NCBI GenBank assembly: GCA_035913415.1
Contig: JAMIIV010000247.1
Location: 16,551-80,550 of the forward strand
Length of the DNA stretch: 64,000 bases
Source of the DNA: Fibrobacteria bacterium
Lineage (GTDB): Bacteria; Fibrobacterota; Fibrobacteria; UBA5070
Reading direction: 5' to 3'
Shown here: piece after piece, positions 56,798-64,000 of the stretch
Position numbering within the stretch: position 1 is the first letter of the stretch
Layout of the letters: each line of letters starts with the position of its first letter
Position numbers and translations under genes: made by a program
The notes under the pieces: model-generated
The model's input: only the letters and a program-made list of their open reading frames with translations
What the model was told of the DNA's origin: nothing
Database searches by the model: none

Positions 56798-57718
56798 ATG
56801 TCGCAGCTTCACCCCCGTTTTGCCTCCCTTGCCTGGCTCTCCGCTGTCGCGCTTCCCGCCTTTGGCCAGACCGACCCCCTGGTCGACCACGTACCCGCCT
56901 GGTCCAGCTCCGTCCGCCAATCCTTCTCGTGGTCGGAAACCGCCGTTCCCGACTGGGCCCACACCACTTCCCTGCACGTGAGCCGCGAAGTGGACAGCGA
57001 TCCCGACTTCCTCACCGACATCCACGCGGGGGTGGACCTGCTGGGTGCAGGATTCCAATTCGACTCGTTGTGGGGAGTCCAACCCACGGGCGGCCTCTCG
57101 GCCAGCATCGCAAGCGTCGACGCCGATCTCAACGGCTGGGTCCTCTACGGCGAGGAGGAATGGTCCGACGGCGGCGCCTCCCTGGATCTCTCCCGCGAAC
57201 TCCTCGAAGCGGGAGAGATGCGACTGGCGGGAACCGCGTTCGCTTCCGCGTCGGCGAATTCGGGTTCACAAGCCGGCGTGGGCCTGGAGTTCCGATCGTG
57301 GTCGACGTCAGTCAGCATGGACGCCAACCTCTCCGTCAGCCGACTCCAGGACGCCGACCTCTCGTCGGTCACCCGCCTGACCGGCAAACGCGCCATCACC
57401 ACCGACCTGGTGGGCGATCAATGGGCCTTCCGCTTCGAACCAGGCGCGGGGCTGCGCTTGGGCAACGGCGGCATCGGGTTCGACATACCCATGGCGGCCC
57501 TGCGCAGCGAGCTCACCACGGTGTCGATGAAAAAGGGCTCCGTTACCAAAGCCCAGTGGGCCCTGGATGCGGCTCCCTCGGCGCACGTCTACGGAGCGAT
57601 GGGCCCAATGTACCTGCGCGCCACCTACGGCCTGCAGGTCACCACCGTGCTGGGGTCGAAGTCCGAAGACTCCGACCCCGTCGGCTGGGCGACCCTGTCG
57701 GCCAGCTACCGCTTCTGA
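56798..57718 (+). CDS. Hypothetical exported protein, possibly an outer-membrane beta-barrel
   Basis: Signal peptide; alternating beta-strand-like pattern; C-terminal LSASYRF. Confidence 0.6.
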   Translation: MSQLHPRFASLAWLSAVALPAFGQTDPLVDHVPAWSSSVRQSFSWSETAVPDWAHTTSLHVSREVDSDPDFLTDIHAGVDLLGAGFQFDSLWGVQPTGGLSASIASVDADLNGWVLYGEEEWSDGGASLDLSRELLEAGEMRLAGTAFASASANSGSQAGVGLEFRSWSTSVSMDANLSVSRLQDADLSSVTRLTGKRAITTDLVGDQWAFRFEPGAGLRLGNGGIGFDIPMAALRSELTTVSMKKGSVTKAQWALDAAPSAHVYGAMGPMYLRATYGLQVTTVLGSKSEDSDPVGWATLSASYRF

Positions 57719-57734
57719 CGGGGCGCGCCGCCGA

Positions 57735-60254
57735 TCAGACGAACAGGTTGATTCCCGAGGTGCCGGCCGCTTCCAGGTAGGCCGCGACACCGCCAATCTC
57801 CACGGCCTCGATGAGCTCTTCGCGCCCCACGCCCATGAGTTCCATCGACATCTGGCAGGCGGTCATCTTCACCCCGCCGCGCACGGCATTGTCCATCATG
57901 GTCTCCAGGCGGTCCACCTGGAAGGCCTCCATGCGCTTTTTCATCAAAAGCGACCCGATGCCCCCGAAGTTCATGCGGGACAAGCCCAGGCGGTCGGCGT
58001 GGCGCGGCAGCATCAGATCGAACATGCGCCCCATCAGATCCTTGCGCACCGCAACCTTTTCGCGCCGGCGCACCACCGACAGTCCCCAGAAGGTGAAGAA
58101 CATCGTGACCTTCTTGCCCGTGGCCAAGGCGCCGTTGGCGATCACGAAACTCGCCAAGGCCCGATCCAGATCGTTGGAGAACACGATCAGCGTGACCTCG
58201 TCACCGGAGACCTGCAGTGCGTGCCCCGCGCCCGCGACCGCGGGCAGGGCCGCACGCCCCTGCCGTTTTTCGACCGTGGCCGACCAATCTCCACCCGCTT
58301 CCTTGACGCCCAGAAGATGGTGCCCCGTGATGTTGCACCAGGCCTGCACATCGCGCGCGAATCCAGGGTCGGAGGCCCGCACCACCACCCTGCCGTGCAG
58401 GGGAGCGGTATCGACGGCCTCCTTGAGTTTGAGGATGGGTCCCGGGCACTGCAGTCCGCAGGCGTCCACCCGAATCTCCACGACTTCGCCGTGCGGCAAT
58501 CCCTCCGGGGCTCCTGTCCCTTCGGAGGTGCCCGCCTCGACATCCGAGGGCTCATGGGCCCGGCGCAAGGCGGGGCGGAATTCCCCCGGGTTGTCCTGGG
58601 GGTCGGTCGCGGCCTTCCAGGTCTTCCAGCCGCCGGTGACGTTGCCCACCTTCGTCCAGCCGTTCTGGCGCAGGATGCGCTCGGCCAACCACCCGCGGAT
58701 GCCCACCCCGCAGTAGAGCACCACATCGCGGTCCTTGGGAATTTCGGCCAACCGCCCGCGCAACTCCGTATTGGAGATGTTCGTCGCGCCGGGGATGTGT
58801 CCGAGTTCGAATTCCTCGGACGTTCGCACGTCCAGGAGGAACGCGCCGGCCTCCACGCGCGGCGCGACCTCGTGCCATCGAACAATTTCCGTCAACCCTT
58901 CGCGTTCGTTGGCCGCCACGAAGGCCGCGTAGTTGGTGCCATCCTTGGCGCTGGCGAAGGGCGGCGCGTAGGCGTGCTCGAACTCGGCCAGGTCCTCGAC
59001 CGTGGCGCCCAACCCGATGTGCGCCGCCACCACGTCGATCCGTTTGTCCACGCCGTCGCGCCCCACCGCCTGGGCTCCCAGGATGCGTCCCGAAGCGGGA
59101 TCCCACACCAGTTTCAGCGCGTAGGGATGGGCTCCGGGATAGTACCCGGCATGGCTGCCCGGATGCACCACAGCCACATGGTGAGAAATGCCTTCGCGGC
59201 GGCACAACTTTTCGGACAATCCCGTGCAGGCCACCGTGAGGTCGAAGATCTTCGCCACGGCCGTGCCGATGGAACCCTTCCACGCACGCGGATGCTCCCC
59301 CACGATGTTCTCGGCGACGATGCGCGCCTGTTTGTTCGCCGGCCCGGCCAGGGGAACCGGCATGGGTTTTCCTGTCAGCGGACTGGTGGCCACGATAGCG
59401 TCGCCCACGGCCCAGATCCAAGGCACCGAGGTGCGCAGGTGGTCGTCGACCACGATGTAGCCGCGTTCATCGAGCGCGATCCCGGCCTCGCGGGCCAGGC
59501 GGGTGTCGGGTTTCACCCCGATGGACAGGATGACCAGGTCGGCGGCCAGTTTCGCCCCCGACTTCAGGTTCACCTGCAGCCGATCGGGTCCCAACGCGAC
59601 GAACTCCTGGACGCCGTCGGCCAGATGCAGCCCCACGCCTTTTTCGCGCAGATGGTGGTGCACGGGTGCGGCCATCTCGAAGTCGACCACCCCCATCACC
59701 TGATCCAGGGCCTCGACCACGGTCACGGCCAATCCGCGCTCCCATAGGTTCTCGGCCATCTCCAGGCCGATGAACCCCGCCCCCACCACCACGGCACGTT
59801 CGGGCCTGTGGGTGTCCAGGATCGCTTTCACCCGGTCGATGTCGGGCACCGACCGCACGGTCAGGATGCGGGGGTGGTCGATGCCCGCAATGGGCGGACG
59901 CAACGGTTCGGCTCCGGGCGAAAGCACCAGGGCGTCGCAGGACTCCTCCCGGATCTCCCCCGTGCGCCGGTCGAGCAGTTTCACAGTGCGCGCCGCGGCA
60001 TCGATCGCCACGGCCTCGGTTCCCACCCGCACATCGACATTGAGGGTTTCCCGGAACTTCGATGGGGTCATCAGGAACAGCTTGTCGCGCTCCTGGATGG
60101 TGCCACCGGCATAATAGGGCAGGCCGCAATTGGCGTAGCTGACGTGGTCTCCCCGCTCGACGAGCACGATCTCGGCCGTCTCATCCAACCGCCGAAGCCG
60201 GGCCGCCGTCGAGGCGCCTCCCGCCACTCCACCCACGATGACCACCTTGCGCAT
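57735..60254 (-). CDS. CoA-disulfide reductase-rhodanese-TusA(SirA)-DsrE2 multidomain flavoprotein
   Basis: GGVAGGAS, SYANCGLPY, HAGYYPG, YAPPF; LDVR...LYCGVG.RG (rhodanese); DACGLQCPGP (TusA); FFTFWG...ACQMSM (DsrE2). Confidence 0.93.
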   Translation of the reverse strand: MRKVVIVGGVAGGASTAARLRRLDETAEIVLVERGDHVSYANCGLPYYAGGTIQERDKLFLMTPSKFRETLNVDVRVGTEAVAIDAAARTVKLLDRRTGEIREESCDALVLSPGAEPLRPPIAGIDHPRILTVRSVPDIDRVKAILDTHRPERAVVVGAGFIGLEMAENLWERGLAVTVVEALDQVMGVVDFEMAAPVHHHLREKGVGLHLADGVQEFVALGPDRLQVNLKSGAKLAADLVILSIGVKPDTRLAREAGIALDERGYIVVDDHLRTSVPWIWAVGDAIVATSPLTGKPMPVPLAGPANKQARIVAENIVGEHPRAWKGSIGTAVAKIFDLTVACTGLSEKLCRREGISHHVAVVHPGSHAGYYPGAHPYALKLVWDPASGRILGAQAVGRDGVDKRIDVVAAHIGLGATVEDLAEFEHAYAPPFASAKDGTNYAAFVAANEREGLTEIVRWHEVAPRVEAGAFLLDVRTSEEFELGHIPGATNISNTELRGRLAEIPKDRDVVLYCGVGIRGWLAERILRQNGWTKVGNVTGGWKTWKAATDPQDNPGEFRPALRRAHEPSDVEAGTSEGTGAPEGLPHGEVVEIRVDACGLQCPGPILKLKEAVDTAPLHGRVVVRASDPGFARDVQAWCNITGHHLLGVKEAGGDWSATVEKRQGRAALPAVAGAGHALQVSGDEVTLIVFSNDLDRALASFVIANGALATGKKVTMFFTFWGLSVVRRREKVAVRKDLMGRMFDLMLPRHADRLGLSRMNFGGIGSLLMKKRMEAFQVDRLETMMDNAVRGGVKMTACQMSMELMGVGREELIEAVEIGGVAAYLEAAGTSGINLFV

Positions 60255-60331
60255 GCCCGCTCCTTGACGCCGAAATGAAAGGTCCATCCGCGCCAGGACC
60301 GGAAGGTCCGGGCGCTCCATTGCCCGAGATT

Positions 60332-60358
60332 GGATGTACGAGACATCGATAGGTTACA
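60332..60358 (-). promoter_or_regulatory. Operator site G plus GGTTACA element
   Basis: GGATGTACGAGACATCG-ata-GGTTACA upstream of the CoADR fusion. Confidence 0.62.
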
Positions 60359-60562
60359 CGCTTTCGCGAAGGATGGTATCCTCAGAGCTCAACTGGAGGC
60401 CCGCGCCGCCTCCCGACGCCCCCGTCCGAGAGAATGCCCGATGCCTCCCATCCCGCCGATGGTCCCGACGTCCGCCGCTCCCGAGGCTCCCCTTCGGAAC
60501 GCGCCTTCCACACTCCCCTCCCTCCACGACGCGCCATCCCGGCCGACGGCGGGGCCACGTCG

Positions 60563-62782
60563 ATGAGCCCCCACAAAACGTTCCTCTCGATCCCGGTGCT
60601 GGTGATCTCGGTGCTGGCCATCACGACCACGACCTTGCTGGGCCTGGCGGGAACGATCGGATTTTCGATGTACCGCGCCCAGGAGCGGGTGCAACTCCAG
60701 GAAGCCAACGCCTTGTTGGCCGACCTCGCCAGTTTGTCCCTGGCCGCCCCCCTTTGGAATCTCGACGATGGCCAGATCCAGCAAGCCATGAACGAGATGC
60801 TGCGATCGCACGTGATCCACTCCATCGAGATCCTCGGCCCCCCCCATGACTCCGCCCATTATGTCGCGACCCTGCCTCCGCCCCCGGAGGATGAACTCTC
60901 CCCTCCCGACACCACCTTCCGACAGGTCCGGGACATCCGGCTGGCCGGACAGTATCTGGCGAGGGTCCGCGTGCAGATGTCGACGCTCCCCCTGGAGCGC
61001 GACCTCCGCAGGGTGCTGATGCTCCTGACCACGTTCTTGCTGGTGCTGGCGGCGGCCTTGGGGACATCCTTGTATCTGGTGCTGTGGAGGGTCGTCATCC
61101 GCCCCATCCGCATGCTGGAACACACCGCCCGACAGATGAAGGACTCCGCTCCCGATCTCGGGATCATGCGTGCGATGCGTTTCCACGGCGAACTCGAATC
61201 CCTGCGCTCGGCGACCCTCGACATGCTCGTCCTTCTGGACGAACGCTTCACGGCCCTCCAAGCCGAGGCCCGGAGATTCCGCGAAAGTGAACGACGGTTC
61301 CGAATCCTGGTGGACACCATTCCCGATCTGATCTGGCTGAAGGACGAAAACGGCACCTACTTGTCGTGCAACCGGATGTTCGAGCGGTTCTTCGGTGCCC
61401 AGGAATCCGAAATCCACGGCAAGACGGATTTCGACTTCGTGCCGCGCGAGCTCGCCGAATTCTTCCGCAAGAACGACCTGCAAGCCATCGCGGCCAATGG
61501 TCCCCTCTCCAACGAGGAGTGGATCACCTTCGCCGACGACGGCCACCACGTCCTGCTGGAGACCACCAAGACCCCCATGTTCACCGACGACGGCCAACTT
61601 CTGGGGGTCCTGGGTGTCGGTCGCGACATCACCCGTCGGCACGAAGCGGAAGAAGAACGCCGACGCATGGACGAGCGCCTGTTCAACATGCAGAAACTCG
61701 AGGCCTTGGGCGTGCTGGTCGCGGGTGTGGCGCACAACATCAACAACGTGCTGGCCGCGATCATGGGAACCGCCTCGCTGCACGAATCCTCGGCCGCCAC
61801 CGAGGAAGAACGGGAAGCCTTCCGGATCATCGCGTCGGCCTCGCGGAAAGGACGCGAGGTCGTCCGCTCCCTGGTCCACTACTCCCGGCCCCAACTGGCG
61901 CGGAAGGCTCCCTTCGAGATCCAGGATCTGCTCTCCGAAGTGAAGGTCCTGCTCGAGGGAACCTCCCTCAACCGCATCACGGTCGTCTCCGAACACAGCC
62001 AATCCCCCTTGTGGATCCGCGGGGACGCCTCCAGCATCAGCCATGCCCTGCTGAACATCTGCCTCAACAGCGTCGATGCCATGCCCGACGGCGGACGACT
62101 GCTGTTGCGCACCACCCGCTCCGACGACACCATGGTCCGCATCGACATCGAAGACAACGGCGAAGGGATTCCGTCGGAAATCCTGTCCCGGGTGCTGGAG
62201 CCGTTCTTCACCACCAAGGACGTCGGCAAGGGGACCGGGCTCGGGCTCAGCATGAGCCACGGCGTATTGAAGGCACACGGCGGCACGCTGGAGATCCAAA
62301 GCCAACCCGGTCAAGGGGCCTGCGTGAGCCTCGCGCTTCCACGCATCACGCCCCCCCAGGAGCCGTCGGAAACCGCGCCCCCCAGTGTTCCCGCGGCCGG
62401 TCTGCGCGTCCTGGTGATCGACGACGACCGCGACATCCGCGACCTCATGAGGCGTGTGCTGCTGCGCCACGGGCACGTGCCGCTGCTGGCCGAAAGCGGT
62501 CAGCAAGGACTCGATCTGCTGGCAACCCCTCCTCCCCCCGACCTGATCATCCTGGACCAGAACATGCCCGGCCTCACGGGCGCCCAGACCCTCAAGCGTA
62601 TCCGGGCGCTCCACCCCACCCTCCCGGTCCTGATCGCCTCGGGCCAGCCCGACATCGAAGACATGCCGGACTTCCACTACCCGGGAGTGGGATTCGTGGC
62701 CAAACCTTGCGGCGTCGCCGAATTGATGGCGAAGATGGCGGCCGCCTCCAGCAACACCGCCCCGCGGCCTCCGGCGGACTGA
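60563..62782 (+). CDS. PAS-domain hybrid sensor histidine kinase/response regulator
   Basis: 2 TM segments plus HAMP-like region, PAS (DLIWLKD..G.Y..CN), H-box AGVAHNINN, NICLNSVDAM, FFTTK..GKGTGLGLS, receiver LVIDDD...LDQNMP. Confidence 0.92.
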   Translation: MSPHKTFLSIPVLVISVLAITTTTLLGLAGTIGFSMYRAQERVQLQEANALLADLASLSLAAPLWNLDDGQIQQAMNEMLRSHVIHSIEILGPPHDSAHYVATLPPPPEDELSPPDTTFRQVRDIRLAGQYLARVRVQMSTLPLERDLRRVLMLLTTFLLVLAAALGTSLYLVLWRVVIRPIRMLEHTARQMKDSAPDLGIMRAMRFHGELESLRSATLDMLVLLDERFTALQAEARRFRESERRFRILVDTIPDLIWLKDENGTYLSCNRMFERFFGAQESEIHGKTDFDFVPRELAEFFRKNDLQAIAANGPLSNEEWITFADDGHHVLLETTKTPMFTDDGQLLGVLGVGRDITRRHEAEEERRRMDERLFNMQKLEALGVLVAGVAHNINNVLAAIMGTASLHESSAATEEEREAFRIIASASRKGREVVRSLVHYSRPQLARKAPFEIQDLLSEVKVLLEGTSLNRITVVSEHSQSPLWIRGDASSISHALLNICLNSVDAMPDGGRLLLRTTRSDDTMVRIDIEDNGEGIPSEILSRVLEPFFTTKDVGKGTGLGLSMSHGVLKAHGGTLEIQSQPGQGACVSLALPRITPPQEPSETAPPSVPAAGLRVLVIDDDRDIRDLMRRVLLRHGHVPLLAESGQQGLDLLATPPPPDLIILDQNMPGLTGAQTLKRIRALHPTLPVLIASGQPDIEDMPDFHYPGVGFVAKPCGVAELMAKMAAASSNTAPRPPAD

Positions 62783-62800
62783 AGCCCCGGAGGCCGCCCC

Positions 62801-64000
62801 TCAGCGCATGGGCACGTCCCATCCGAAGCGATGCAGGGTGTTGGAGATCGTCCAGTCCGGCAGTTCGCCATCGGCGGCCAGATTCTGTCGCAGCACCAGA
62901 CGCAGGGTGTAGACCCCCGACGCCGCAGGGGTTCCGCCCTCGGCCACGCCGTTCCAGGCCAGGCGCACCTGGTATTGGTTGCCGCCGTCGGTTTCGATTT
63001 CCCCGGCCAGGAAGGCCTGTCCGACCAGATCGAGCTCCAACGAGGTCAGGAAGGTCCCCTGGTTGTCGTAGAGGATCGCCACACCCCGCAGCGGCTGGTT
63101 GGTCGAGATCACCGGTCCGATCTGGCGGACCTCGGAGGCGGAAACGTCGCGCCCCGTCGGGAGGTCCGACCAGCCCGCTCCGCCCTGCGGCCGGACCTGG
63201 ATCTGGAACGGAGCGAGGCCACCGAGGTCCCACCCTTCGTAGCGGCGGTAGGTGGGGTTGAACGTGATTTCCTGTCGCGGAGGACGCCTTCCGAACTCGA
63301 CCGGAACGAGCCATCCTGGGTCGGCGGCGGGTGTGCCGAAACGGTCTTCCACCGTGGCCGACGCCGCCGGAGCCAGACGCAGGGAATCGCCGCGCCGCAG
63401 GCTGGTGGACAGCACGCCTTGGGGATCCAGGAGGAACGCCGCGCCCAGGCTGTCGGAAACGATGGAGGTCGACAGTGCACGCAAGTCGAAGACCGAGTCG
63501 CCGTGGAGGCCCTTCAGCAGCGGGTCCAGACCGGTCCAGACCAGGGGCTCACTCCACCGGGCCAGAAGCGTGTCAGAATCCGTCGCTTTTGTCCCGTAGC
63601 GGACCTGGGCCCGAAGCAGCACCGGCGGCACGCGATCGTACACGGGGAACGACGACCTGCCGTCGGCGTCGAACATCGCTCCCAGATCGGTGCGTGTGGA
63701 GCTGGTGACACCGCGATCGAACGGTCCGACGGGAAGCCGCACGCGGACGGAATCCGGGGACATGGTCCACGTGTCGGCGAGGATGCGGGCCGAGTCGAAT
63801 CCGCCTTCCGCCGAAGGCCACGCCAGGCGCAGCTCCGGACGGGTCCGAGGCGTGCGCGCCCACAGAAACTCGATGGTCTCACCAGCGCCGTCGCCGTCCA
63901 GATCCATCATCCAGGCGCCCACGGGGGGGCGTTCACGTCCGGAGACGGGCACACCGGGATGGTAGAGGGCAGATCCTACTCCACCCGCATCGGTCCAACG
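62801..64000 (-). CDS. C-terminal part of a large secreted protein (FlgD-Ig-like/Fibrobacter-type C-terminus); 5' end outside the window
   Basis: Frame stays open from 63952 to 64000; ILYDNQG.F...LAWNG...G..AASGVY.LRL motif. Confidence 0.65.
   Translation of the reverse strand, partial: RWTDAGGVGSALYHPGVPVSGRERPPVGAWMMDLDGDGAGETIEFLWARTPRTRPELRLAWPSAEGGFDSARILADTWTMSPDSVRVRLPVGPFDRGVTSSTRTDLGAMFDADGRSSFPVYDRVPPVLLRAQVRYGTKATDSDTLLARWSEPLVWTGLDPLLKGLHGDSVFDLRALSTSIVSDSLGAAFLLDPQGVLSTSLRRGDSLRLAPAASATVEDRFGTPAADPGWLVPVEFGRRPPRQEITFNPTYRRYEGWDLGGLAPFQIQVRPQGGAGWSDLPTGRDVSASEVRQIGPVISTNQPLRGVAILYDNQGTFLTSLELDLVGQAFLAGEIETDGGNQYQVRLAWNGVAEGGTPAASGVYTLRLVLRQNLAADGELPDWTISNTLHRFGWDVPMR

Noticed and set aside
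27486-62677. Long antisense or alternate-frame ORFs (for example 27486-29876, 52200-54854, 57567-59747, 60389-62677, 10854-12755)
   Set aside because: Shadow ORFs typical of high-GC DNA, lying opposite or over well-supported genes, with no motifs
1-64000. tRNA/rRNA genes, riboswitches, transposases or integrases
   Set aside because: None recognisable by eye; an Infernal/tRNAscan run would be needed to exclude small RNAs in the 40200-40560 and 44573-45356 gaps

Overview
GC-rich bacterial chromosome segment. The host is probably anaerobic or facultative, and the C-terminus of the last ORF weakly suggests Fibrobacterota. No rRNA, tRNA, CRISPR array or transposase was seen. Left to right: (1) a thioredoxin/rhodanese module; (2) an arsenic-resistance island (arsR-DGC-arsEFG-like-arsP-arsR-arsC-arsM-acr3); (3) a C-P lyase phosphonate operon (phnCDE-GNAT-phnGHIJKLM plus a TIM-barrel gene, with no phnF/N/P); (4) two tandem L,D-transpeptidases; (5) an Fe-S/metallocofactor and redox region (NifB/X-like, two 4Fe-4S P-loop ATPases, DUF89, IscU-Mrp fusion, TrmO, BioB, CoA-disulfide reductase-rhodanese, peroxiredoxin, DUF1847, Acr3-like, MBL hydrolase, rubrerythrin); (6) a minus-strand cluster of ArsM-like methyltransferase, unannotated 30-aa Cys-rich peptide, radical SAM/SPASM enzyme, MFS transporter and PadR; (7) trehalose/osmoprotection genes (otsB, otsA, antiporters, treS-maltokinase); (8) an ECF sigma module, a CoADR-rhodanese-TusA-DsrE fusion, a hybrid histidine kinase and a truncated large secreted protein. 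Two observations stand out. The first is the ArsM-peptide-rSAM cluster, a candidate arsenic-linked RiPP or metalloid-peptide system. The second is a recurrent 17-bp palindrome GGATGY-N5-RCATCC upstream of about nine redox/sulfur/metal transcription units, often with a fixed-distance TGTAACC element, which suggests an undescribed regulon possibly controlled by the Cys-rich PadR. All family assignments come from motif recognition by eye; no database searches were run.
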